Assembly (NCBI GenBank): GCA_937890735.1
Contig: CALACZ010000099.1
Coordinates: 1-56,153, forward strand
Source of the DNA: an uncultured Bacillota bacterium
Lineage (GTDB): Bacteria > Bacillota > Clostridia > Oscillospirales > Oscillospiraceae
DNA: 56,153 bases
Direction: 5' to 3'
Part shown: positions 17,550 to 25,871 of the stretch, in pieces
Numbering within the stretch: position 1 is the first letter of the stretch
Layout of the letters: every line of letters begins with the position of its first letter
Program-made: the position numbers and the translations under genes
Notes under the pieces: model-generated
The model's input: only the letters and a program-made list of their open reading frames with translations
Databases searched by the model: none
What the model was told of the DNA's origin: nothing

Positions 17550-18440
17550 ATGGATGTGCCGGTCATGACCACGCAGCAGTTTTTCAAACCCGGGGAGCAT
17601 TTTCATATGCAGGTCTCCACGGATTTCCCGGATTTTGTGGGCGTTGCCCACCGGCATGAATATATCGAGGTCGTCTACGTCCTCTCCGGCGCGGCGACGC
17701 ACGTTGTGGAGGAAAGATCCTCCCCCGCGCGGCAGGGCGATCTGTTTCTCATCAACGTCGGCACGACGCACAAATTCTGCCCCAGCCGCCGCACGGCAGA
17801 GCCGTTTGTGGTGTACGACCTGATGTTCGCGCCGGAATTTTTTGATTTGTCCCTTGCCGGAAACCGCGCCATCGAGGCGCTGAGCGGCTCGTTCATGTTC
17901 CGCTCGCTTCTGGGCGCGCGGCGCGGCAAGGACGCGAGCTTCGGCGTCTCCGGCGATCTTTACACCACCTTCAGCGAGCTCTTTCACAAGATGTATTACG
18001 AGTACCGCAGCCAGTACAGCGGCTATATGGAGATCATCCGCGCGTACCTTTTGCAGGTCATCATCACGGCGATCCGCCTGTCGGACGCCGCCGAAAAAAA
18101 GCGCGGTACGCCGGGCAAAAAGCAGGCGGTGCAGCGCGTTGCCGCCAGCATCGAGCAGCGCTGCGGCGAGGAGCTGAGCGTGCAGGCGCTGGCGGACGAG
18201 GTGCACCTGAACCCCGACTATCTCGGTCGCATTTTCCGCGAGGTGACCGGCGAGACCATCACCGCCCGCATCCAGAAGGTGCGCATCCGCCGTGTGTGCG
18301 AGCTGCTCTCCTCCACGCAGCGCACCGTTGCGGACATCGCCCTCGCGTGCGGCTTCGGCGATGTGAAATTTTTCTATACCGTGTTCAAAAAGCACACCGG
18401 GATGCTCCCCGGCGACTACCGCCGCGCGCACCAGAAATGA
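17550..18440 (+). CDS. AraC-family regulator (cupin sensor + double HTH)
   Basis: HRHEYIEVVYVLSG cupin; LADEVHLNPDYLGRIF...IALACGFGDVKFFYTVFKKHTGMLPGDYR; AAGGAGG RBS. Confidence 0.93.
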   Translation: MDVPVMTTQQFFKPGEHFHMQVSTDFPDFVGVAHRHEYIEVVYVLSGAATHVVEERSSPARQGDLFLINVGTTHKFCPSRRTAEPFVVYDLMFAPEFFDLSLAGNRAIEALSGSFMFRSLLGARRGKDASFGVSGDLYTTFSELFHKMYYEYRSQYSGYMEIIRAYLLQVIITAIRLSDAAEKKRGTPGKKQAVQRVAASIEQRCGEELSVQALADEVHLNPDYLGRIFREVTGETITARIQKVRIRRVCELLSSTQRTVADIALACGFGDVKFFYTVFKKHTGMLPGDYRRAHQK

Positions 18441-18569
18441 CCTGCATTTGCGAACGCAGTCGGAATAGACCATATCCCGGTAGCAATTGACCAATGCGAA
18501 ATCTCCCGAAGCGGGCTAGAATGGTATTTGTAAAGATCCACAGACCATTTTCCGCAAAAGGAGGGTACT

Positions 18570-19919
18570 ATGTTCAATATTCACGAATGGAGCAAGCAGG
18601 CGAACATCGTCGCCGACATTCTCGCCCGCGCGCCGAAGATCGACAAGACGCTGCGCGTCGGCACGGAGGAATTTCAGCGCCGGCAGAAAGCCGTGTATCA
18701 GGCGCTCGCCGCGGCGGGCTATGACGGCGGCATCGTCTATTCCGACGAGCACTATCACGGCGACGTGCCGTATCTCGGCGGCAACACCAACATCTCCGTC
18801 GAGCCCGTGGCAGGCATCATCGGCAAAAACGGCTTTGCCATTCTGGCAGGTCTGGAGGGCTGCTACGTCGCCGAACAGCTCTCGCCGCGCTCCGGCTGCC
18901 GCGTCGGGCGCGTGGAAATGCTGAAGCTGGCGGACGAGGAATACCCCGTGGAGGCAGACCGCATGGAGGACGTAGTCGAGGACATCTGCGGCGGCAAGCC
19001 CAGGGCGCTGGCGCTGCTCACGCCGCGCGCGGTCATGCCGCTGAGCGTGTACGAGTGGTTCGAGGGCTACGTCGGCAAGGGCAACCTGCGCGACGCGCAG
19101 GAGCTTTACTTCAAGATCAAATACGAAAAATCCGACATTGAAATGGCGCTCACCCGGCAGGCGGCGAAGGTCTCCGACGTGATGCTTGAGGCAATGCTCG
19201 CTGTGATGAAGCCCGGGATGCTCCAGACGCAGGTCGCGCAGTGGGGCTACGCCGTCGCCAGCGAGCTGGGCGTGGAGGAGCACGGCTTTGACGTGATGGT
19301 CACGAGCGGCGAGGATAACCGCTCGCTCGTCGGCAAGGCGCTCAATCACGTCATCCGCGAGGGCGACTTCGTCCACCTGGGTGTCGGGCCTGCGATGGAC
19401 GGTCTGACCGCCTGCGAGCGGTGCAGCGTCGTGTGCACCGGTCCGAACGGGCAGCTCACCGAGCCGCAGAAATACTGGCTGGACTTTGTGGACGAGGCAT
19501 ACAAAGTCGGTCTGGACGCGTACATCCATGTTGCCGAAAATAACCTCCCCGCGCGGCTTCAGGAGCAGGCGCTGGTGGATTATTTTGAGAGCCGCCGCGA
19601 CGAGGTCAGCCGCCGCATCGGCAAGCCCATCGACCTTGCCATGCTCAAGCCCTACACCGGCACGCACAACTCCGGCTACACCGAGTGTCAGGAGTTCTAC
19701 GGCGCGATCACGCTGAACTCCGACGAGCCGCTGGGCAACCAGATCGTGATGATGCTGGATGTCGCCGCGCGCGGCTTCGGCAGCGCCTGGAACGACGTGG
19801 TCATCCCCGAATTTGACTATGTGCTCGTCGAAAAAACGCTCGGCAAGTTCGGTCGCCGCGTGGAAGTGTTCAACGACCTGCCCATCCGCCTTCAGCATCT
19901 GGTTGGCGCGGGCTATTGA
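18570..19919 (+). CDS. M24 (creatinase/aminopeptidase P) fold protein with divergent active site
   Basis: EEFQRRQ...DGGIVYS...VPYLGG N-domain; KYEKSDIEMALTRQAAKVSD, MKPGM, IREGDFV, GTHNSG, LVEKT pita-bread domain landmarks. Confidence 0.75.
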   Translation: MFNIHEWSKQANIVADILARAPKIDKTLRVGTEEFQRRQKAVYQALAAAGYDGGIVYSDEHYHGDVPYLGGNTNISVEPVAGIIGKNGFAILAGLEGCYVAEQLSPRSGCRVGRVEMLKLADEEYPVEADRMEDVVEDICGGKPRALALLTPRAVMPLSVYEWFEGYVGKGNLRDAQELYFKIKYEKSDIEMALTRQAAKVSDVMLEAMLAVMKPGMLQTQVAQWGYAVASELGVEEHGFDVMVTSGEDNRSLVGKALNHVIREGDFVHLGVGPAMDGLTACERCSVVCTGPNGQLTEPQKYWLDFVDEAYKVGLDAYIHVAENNLPARLQEQALVDYFESRRDEVSRRIGKPIDLAMLKPYTGTHNSGYTECQEFYGAITLNSDEPLGNQIVMMLDVAARGFGSAWNDVVIPEFDYVLVEKTLGKFGRRVEVFNDLPIRLQHLVGAGY

Positions 19920-19930
19920 GAGGTGTACTT

Positions 19931-20776
19931 ATGAAATTTACATACTGCAATACCGACACAAGGGCTGTATCCAAAGACATCGGCGTGCTGTTCCCCGGCT
20001 TCGGCAAGGACGAGGTGCTGGCGGTAATGAGCCCGCACGACGACGATGCGATCCTGGGCGCGGGCTATGCGATGCTCGCGGCGCAGGAAGCGGGCGCGGA
20101 GGTGTATGTGGTCATTTTCTGCCGCGGCGACGCGGGCTACAGCACCGTGGAAGAAAAGGCGGCGATTGAAGAGGTGCGCACGCGCGAAACGTTTGACTGC
20201 TATGCGCGCCTCGGCGTGCCTGCCAACCACATCCTGCGCATGAATTTCCCCGATTTTTCCGCCTATGGGCACATTGGCTGGGAAAAGGCGGACGGCAAGC
20301 CGGGCGATATGCCGCGGATGCTGCGCTTTTTGCGCGAGAAAAAGGTCACGCGCGTCATGATCCCCAACCACTATCATGAGCACATCGACCATCTGGCGAC
20401 GTACATGATGGCGAGCTTTGACGTACCGCAGGCGGGCGACGCCGCGCTGGTCGATCACGGCACGCCGCACGCCGTGCGCTCGACACTGCAATATTCCGTC
20501 TGGGCGGATTTTGACCCTGAGGACGCGATGGTGCGCGGGCGTAACAGTGCACTGCGCGCCAACCGCATTCTCGTCGCCAGCCCCGCTGTGGAGGAGCACA
20601 TCGACGACGCCATCCGTGCCTACGTCTCGCAGGAGAAGATCATTGAGGACCTAGTGGCGACCCGCCGCGAACGCCAGACCGCCGGCGGCGCGTTCGTCGA
20701 GCCCTACATCGCCTTCGACTGCCGCCCGAAGATCAATCTGAAGCCCTACATTGATTGGGTAAACAAATACCTCTGA
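19931..20776 (+). CDS. PIG-L/LmbE-family deacetylase
   Basis: SPHDDDAILG and HIDH zinc motifs, RTRE...LGV. Confidence 0.88.
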   Translation: MKFTYCNTDTRAVSKDIGVLFPGFGKDEVLAVMSPHDDDAILGAGYAMLAAQEAGAEVYVVIFCRGDAGYSTVEEKAAIEEVRTRETFDCYARLGVPANHILRMNFPDFSAYGHIGWEKADGKPGDMPRMLRFLREKKVTRVMIPNHYHEHIDHLATYMMASFDVPQAGDAALVDHGTPHAVRSTLQYSVWADFDPEDAMVRGRNSALRANRILVASPAVEEHIDDAIRAYVSQEKIIEDLVATRRERQTAGGAFVEPYIAFDCRPKINLKPYIDWVNKYL

Positions 20777-20785
20777 AAATATAGC

Positions 20786-20820
20786 AAACACCCGTTGGGA
20801 AGCTCCCAACGGGTGTTTTT
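20786..20820. terminator. Bidirectional intrinsic terminator
   Basis: AAACACCCGTTGGGA-AGC-TCCCAACGGGTGTTTTT between convergent genes. Confidence 0.85.
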
Positions 20821-20824
20821 ATAC

Positions 20825-21625
20825 TTATTGTGCCAGACGCCGGTCCTTTTCAATGATCGCGTCGATCGCCTGCTGCACCGCCGTTTCAAAGCCGAGGCGC
20901 TTGAGGGTGTGCACGCCCTCGATGGTCGTGCCGCCGGGCGAGCAGACCTGATCCATCAGCGCAATGGGGTGCTCTGCCGACTGCTGCGAAAGCTGCGCGC
21001 TGCCGAGCACGGTCTGCTCCGCGATCTGCTGCGAAAGCGCGCGCGGCAGCCCCGCCTTCACGCCCGCGGACGCGAGCGCGTCGATGTACAAAAAAACGAA
21101 TGCGCCCGACGCGCCGCCCAGCGCGCCAAACGCCGGAAAGTGCTTCTCCGGCAGGTCGTAGACCGCGCCGACCGTGCGGAACATCGCCCGCACCAGCTCC
21201 AAATGCGTCTCCTGCGCGTTTTTGCCGCCGCAGACGGCGCTTGCCGACGCGCCCACGCGCGCCGCGATATTCGGCATCACGCGCACGACCGGCACGCCGC
21301 TTGCAAGCTGCCCTTCATAATACGCCGTCGGCTTGCCCGCCGCGATGGACACGACGAGCTTATCCGCCGTCACGACCGGCGCGATCTCCGGCAGCACGTC
21401 CGGCAGCACCTGCGGCTTGACCGCCAGCACGATCACATCCGCCGCCTGCGCAGCCTCCCACGCCGACGCGCACGCGCGCAGCGGCATCTCCGCCTGCAAT
21501 GCCTGCACCTTGGCGGCGCTGGGATTGTAGCCGACCAGTTTGTTTTCCGCGAACACGTCCGCCTTTGCCATACCGCGCAGGATGGCGGACGCCATATTGC
21601 CAAGCCCGATAAATCCGTAGATCAT
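20825..21625 (-). CDS. proC: Pyrroline-5-carboxylate reductase
   Basis: GFIGLGNMA, LAVKPQ, SIAAG, VRVMPN, VCSPGGTTIEG. Confidence 0.95.
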   Translation of the reverse strand: MIYGFIGLGNMASAILRGMAKADVFAENKLVGYNPSAAKVQALQAEMPLRACASAWEAAQAADVIVLAVKPQVLPDVLPEIAPVVTADKLVVSIAAGKPTAYYEGQLASGVPVVRVMPNIAARVGASASAVCGGKNAQETHLELVRAMFRTVGAVYDLPEKHFPAFGALGGASGAFVFLYIDALASAGVKAGLPRALSQQIAEQTVLGSAQLSQQSAEHPIALMDQVCSPGGTTIEGVHTLKRLGFETAVQQAIDAIIEKDRRLAQ

Positions 21626-21636
21626 GGTATCCCTCC

Positions 21637-22881
21637 TCAGCGGACCTGCCCGCTGCCGAAAATCTCATATTTCATGCTCGTCAGCTCCCGCAGACCAAGC
21701 GGGCCGCGCGCGTGGAGCTTCTGCGTGGAGATGCCGATCTCCGCGCCGAGCCCGAACTCGCCGCCGTCGGTAAAGCGCGTGGAGGCGTTGTGATACACCG
21801 CCGCTGCGTCCACCCGGCGCATGAACTCCGCCGCCGCGTCCGCGTCATCCGTCACGATGCACTCCGAGTGCCCGGTGGAGTACTGATAGATATAGTCGAT
21901 CGCGTCGCCTATGGAATCGACCACGCGCGCGGCGATGATGTAGTCGCCGTACTCGTGTCCCCAGTCGTCCTGCGTCGCTGCCTCGCACGCGCCGTTTAAA
22001 ATCGACTGCACACGCGCGTCGCCGCGGATGACAGTGTGCTTTGCCCGCAGCCGCTCTGCGATCACCGGCAGCGCCTGCGCCGCGATGTCGCGGTGGATGA
22101 GCATACACTCCGCCGCGTTGCAGACAGACGGGCGGCTCGTCTTGGCGTTTTCGATGATGTCCGCCGCCATCTCCACGTTCGCCGCCTTGTCCACATACAC
22201 ATGGCACACACCCGCGCCCGTTTCGATGACCGGCACGGTCGCCTGCTGCACCACCGCCTGAATGAGGCGCTTGCTGCCGCGCGGGATGAGCACGTCCACA
22301 TAGCCGTTCAGGTGCATGAGCGCCTGCGCGCTTTCGTGCGTCGTGTCGGTCACGAGCTGGATGGCATCCGCCGGGATGGCAGTCTGTTCCAGCGCCGCGC
22401 GCATGACCTGCGCCAGCGCGATATTCGAGCGGATGGCCTCCTTGCCGCCGCGCAGCAGCACGGCGTTGCCCGATTTCAGGCACAGCCCCGCCGAATCCGC
22501 CGTCACATTCGGGCGCGCCTCGTAAATGACCGCGATCACGCCGATGGGCACGGCGATCTTGCGCAGCCGCAGCCCGTTCGGGCGCACCGTCTCTTCCAGC
22601 ACGCGCCCCACCGGGTCGGGGAGCTGCACGACCTGCCGCAGGCTGTCCGCGATCCCGGCAATGCGCGCCTCGTTCAGCGCCAGCCGGTCGAGCAGCGCAT
22701 CCGAAAGTCCGTTCGCGCGCCCGTTTTCCAGATCCTCCGCGTTCGCTGTCAGGATAGCAGGCGCATTTTCTTCAATCGCCGCCGCGATCATCAGCAGCGC
22801 GTCATTTTTTTCTTCCGTCATCGCGCACGCGAGCGCCCGCGCCGCCGCTTTTGCCCGTTTGCCGTACTCTTCCAGCATCAT
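21637..22881 (-). CDS. proA: Gamma-glutamyl phosphate reductase
   Basis: IYEARPNVT, LKSGNAVLLRGGKEA, RPSVCNAAE, NASTRFTDGGEFGLGAEIGISTQKLHARGP. Confidence 0.96.
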   Translation of the reverse strand: MMLEEYGKRAKAAARALACAMTEEKNDALLMIAAAIEENAPAILTANAEDLENGRANGLSDALLDRLALNEARIAGIADSLRQVVQLPDPVGRVLEETVRPNGLRLRKIAVPIGVIAVIYEARPNVTADSAGLCLKSGNAVLLRGGKEAIRSNIALAQVMRAALEQTAIPADAIQLVTDTTHESAQALMHLNGYVDVLIPRGSKRLIQAVVQQATVPVIETGAGVCHVYVDKAANVEMAADIIENAKTSRPSVCNAAECMLIHRDIAAQALPVIAERLRAKHTVIRGDARVQSILNGACEAATQDDWGHEYGDYIIAARVVDSIGDAIDYIYQYSTGHSECIVTDDADAAAEFMRRVDAAAVYHNASTRFTDGGEFGLGAEIGISTQKLHARGPLGLRELTSMKYEIFGSGQVR

Positions 22882-23663
22882 CCGTTCCTCCTTGCGCAAA
22901 AATGCGTGCCCACGCGCTCGCCGTCCATCAGGCGGTAAATATCATGCGTGTCGCGCCCGCAGATGACGTAGGTGTCAATGCCCGCCGCCGTTGCGATCTG
23001 CGCAGCGTGCACCTTGGTCATCATGCCGCCCGTGCCGAGCTTTGTCCCGTGCGACGAGGCGCAGGCGATGATGTCGTCGGTGATCTCCGGCACTTCCGCA
23101 ATGCGATACGCCGTGGGATCGACCGTCGGATCGGCAGTGTACAGTCCGTCCGTCTCCGTTAAGATCACCAGCTTGTCCGCGCCGATGAGCGTCGCCACCA
23201 CCGCCGACAGCGAGTCGTTATCGCCGTACACGATCTCCTCGACCGCCACGGCGTCATTTTCATTGATGACCGGAATCGCGCCAAATTCAAACAGCCGCGA
23301 GAACGCCGCAATAAGGTTGTCGTGCCGCTTCGGGTCGTCCACGTCCTCGCGCGTGATCAGGAGCTGCCCGACCGTGTGCCCATACTGCGAGAACATTTTG
23401 TCGTACATGAACATCAGCTCGCACTGCCCCACCGTGGCGGCAGCCTGCTTGCCTGCGGTGTCACGAGGTCGCTCCGGCAGACCGAGCTTGCCCACGCCCA
23501 CGCCGATCGCGCCGGACGTGACCAGCACAACGCGCACCCCGGCATTCGCCAGGTCCGAGAGCGTCATCACCAGCTCTTCGAGCCGGCGGATGTTCGTTTT
23601 GCCGTTTTCGTGCGTCAGGGTCGAGGTGCCGACCTTGAACACCACGGTCTGCTGCTTCTGCAT
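22878..23663 (-). CDS. proB: Glutamate 5-kinase (short form, no PUA domain)
   Basis: KVGTSTLT, VTSGAIGVG, AATVGQ, INENDAV, GDNDSLSA, GTGGMMTK. Confidence 0.95.
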   Translation of the reverse strand: MQKQQTVVFKVGTSTLTHENGKTNIRRLEELVMTLSDLANAGVRVVLVTSGAIGVGVGKLGLPERPRDTAGKQAAATVGQCELMFMYDKMFSQYGHTVGQLLITREDVDDPKRHDNLIAAFSRLFEFGAIPVINENDAVAVEEIVYGDNDSLSAVVATLIGADKLVILTETDGLYTADPTVDPTAYRIAEVPEITDDIIACASSHGTKLGTGGMMTKVHAAQIATAAGIDTYVICGRDTHDIYRLMDGERVGTHFCARRNG

Positions 23664-24006
23664 ACCAGTTTCCTCCGTTTCGGGGCAGCCCGCGCGCGGG
23701 CAGTCGCTTTGAATCCCTGATAGTATAGCACAAAACGTATCTTTTGCATAGCCGCATGGAAAAAAGTTGCACCGCGCAATAAAAACAGTTTTCCATGCTG
23801 GACAGACGGCGATTTATTCGGTATACTATAGGCAGCGCTTTTCAGTCCGCGTCCCCCATCCGCGCACCGATTGTGCAATTTGCCCAAATTTTGTATCATA
23901 TTTTTGTTTACTTCATACAGTTTTGGGCTTGCATTTTCGGCAGAAACTCTTTACAATACGGGCGTAATCAGAAATCAAAGAAAAAATTGCATGGGAGGCA
24001 ATCATT

Positions 24007-24273
24007 ATGAAACTGAAAAACATCAAGGAAGTTGACGCATTCCGCAAGGCGATCGACAGCTGCGAGCACGACGTGCTGCTCAAGTCCCCGGAGGGCGACG
24101 TGCTGAACCTGAAAAGCTCGCTGAGCCAGTATATCGCGCTCGGTAAGCTCCTCAGCGAAGCGGGCGACAATCTGGAGCTGTTCACCACCTGCCGCGAGGA
24201 CGAGGCTAGGATGCTAGAGTTCGTGACCGAGCTGGAGGATGAGCAGGAAGCTGCGGAAAAGCAGTCCAAATAA
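24007..24273 (+). CDS. Small conserved protein, HPr-like fold suspected
   Basis: 88 aa, GGGAGG RBS, followed by a strong hairpin; DVLLKSPEGDVLNLKS resembles the HPr Ser46 region. Confidence 0.7.
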   Translation: MKLKNIKEVDAFRKAIDSCEHDVLLKSPEGDVLNLKSSLSQYIALGKLLSEAGDNLELFTTCREDEARMLEFVTELEDEQEAAEKQSK

Positions 24274-24307
24274 AGTCCACAGGCGCTGCAAAGGCGGCGA
24301 CTGATGT

Positions 24308-24349
24308 TGCAAAAGCGGGAGAATCCTTTTGGATTCTCCCGCTTTTGCA
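24308..24349. terminator. Perfect 19-bp-stem hairpin, probable terminator
   Basis: TGCAAAAGCGGGAGAATCC-TTTT-GGATTCTCCCGCTTTTGCA. Confidence 0.8.
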
Positions 24350-24350
24350 T

Positions 24351-24536
24351 TCAAACGAAAACCGCTTCGCCGGGTTTTCGTTTGAGGGGGGTGCGCCCTG
24401 CTGCGCACATAATTTTTGCGCAAGCGCAAAAATTCTACACTCCGCTGTGCGTAGTGTGTTTTGTCCGACGTACACGCCGCCGGACAAAACGATTTACATT
24501 ATTTTCGCCGCTGCGGCGGCGAAACTCTGCGAGGCT
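24351..24536 (+). repeat. Dispersed multi-hairpin intergenic repeat, copy 2
   Basis: Same module order as 3577-3766 with compensatory stem changes. Confidence 0.88.
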
Positions 24537-24551
24537 ATTCCGCATTAAAAT

Positions 24552-24580
24552 TGGAGGGCTCGATCGAGCCCTCCGTTTTT
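24552..24580. terminator. Intrinsic terminator at the end of the MFS gene
   Basis: GGAGGGCTC-GATC-GAGCCCTCC flanked by A/T tracts. Confidence 0.7.
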
Positions 24581-25781
24581 ATACGGTTTTCGGTGCTTTT
24601 TTGCCGATGCCGAAGATGACGAACAGTGCACCGGCGAGCGTGACCGCCGCGCCCACGCCCAGCATTCCGTACACGCCCATGTTGTCGATGAGCAGTCCCC
24701 CGACGGCGCTGGTGATGATGTTGCCCGCGGTCGTGGTCGCGGTGATGAGCGACTGCGCCTTGTTGGCGTCCTGCGCGCCCGCCGCCTGCCCGGCGTAGAT
24801 GACCGCCGCCGGGACGAACAGCGCGAACGACACGATCTGGAACGAGTTTGAGATGAACACGCCCGTGAGCGACCGCAGCGCAAACAGCAGCCCCGCCTTG
24901 ATGACGAACGCCGCCGCCGCAAGCCGCAGCACGCGCTGGCACGTCAGCTTCTCGCAGATGCGGTCGGACAGGAACATCGCCGGGATCTCCAAAATCGCGG
25001 CATACGCGATGAACAGCCCCAGCGTCTGGCTGTCGCCGCCGACGTTGGTGACGACCTGATACTGGAAATTATCGATCTGCGAATGCCCAAAGAAAATGAG
25101 CATATTGCCGATGAGCAGGAACAAAAACGCGTGGTATTTTCCAAACAGGCTGGAGAATGTCAGCTCCGATTTTGCCACGGCGCTGCCGCGCGTTTTCGTC
25201 TGCTGGAGCAGCGACGGACCTTCCAGATGGCACAGGTACAGCACCACCAGCATCAGCGCCAGCACGATCAGCGCCGCATAGGGCAGAATGTGCTCGCCCA
25301 GACGCGTGACCATGCCGCCGATGATCGCCGACAGACCCGCCCAGCCGATCGAGCCGCAGCCGCGCGCGATGCCGAAGCGGATCGGGATCTCCGGCGTTTG
25401 CAGGTAGAAGCAGTACGCGTTCACGAGCGGCTGGAGCACAAGCTGGAACGCGAGGAAGCAGATGTAGCTCGCGGTGAGCGCGAAGCCGCGCGTTTTGAAC
25501 ACCATCAGCCCCACCACCGGCAGCGCAACCACGACCGTGACGATGGCGAGCATCTGCGTCGCCGTCAGGCGGGTGGTACGGTCGGTCAGACCGGAAACCA
25601 GCGGCTGAAGCAGCATACCCAGCGCATAGCCCGCCGCCATGATGATGCCGTATTCGGTGTTGGAATACCCGCGCGCAGTCAGAAACACCGCCGCATAGGC
25701 GATGCACACGCAGGCGAGCATCCAGTAGACGCACTGCATGGCGCAGTATTTTGCGTTTTTTCTCAATTTTGCATTTTTCAC
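24579..25781 (-). CDS. MFS transporter (about 12 TM)
   Basis: LQPLVSGLTDR, FGIARGCGSIGWA, ILEIPAM motifs; 400 aa, hydrophobic; GTG start with RBS. Confidence 0.88.
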   Translation of the reverse strand: MKNAKLRKNAKYCAMQCVYWMLACVCIAYAAVFLTARGYSNTEYGIIMAAGYALGMLLQPLVSGLTDRTTRLTATQMLAIVTVVVALPVVGLMVFKTRGFALTASYICFLAFQLVLQPLVNAYCFYLQTPEIPIRFGIARGCGSIGWAGLSAIIGGMVTRLGEHILPYAALIVLALMLVVLYLCHLEGPSLLQQTKTRGSAVAKSELTFSSLFGKYHAFLFLLIGNMLIFFGHSQIDNFQYQVVTNVGGDSQTLGLFIAYAAILEIPAMFLSDRICEKLTCQRVLRLAAAAFVIKAGLLFALRSLTGVFISNSFQIVSFALFVPAAVIYAGQAAGAQDANKAQSLITATTTAGNIITSAVGGLLIDNMGVYGMLGVGAAVTLAGALFVIFGIGKKAPKTV

Positions 25782-25827
25782 AATTCTCTCCCATGCGCAC
25801 TGGGCGCATTCCCCAAATTAGCGGAAA

Positions 25828-25855
25828 GCCCGCGCCCGGTTTACCGGGCGCGGGC
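25828..25855 (-). terminator. GC-rich hairpin after the large SLH gene
   Basis: GCCCGCGCCCGGT-TT-ACCGGGCGCGGGC. Confidence 0.6.
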
Positions 25856-25871
25856 AAAATTTTCCCGAACC

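Noticed and set aside
23664..24006. T-box leader upstream of proB
   Set aside because: No T-box consensus or terminator/antiterminator found; the region looks like divergent promoters.
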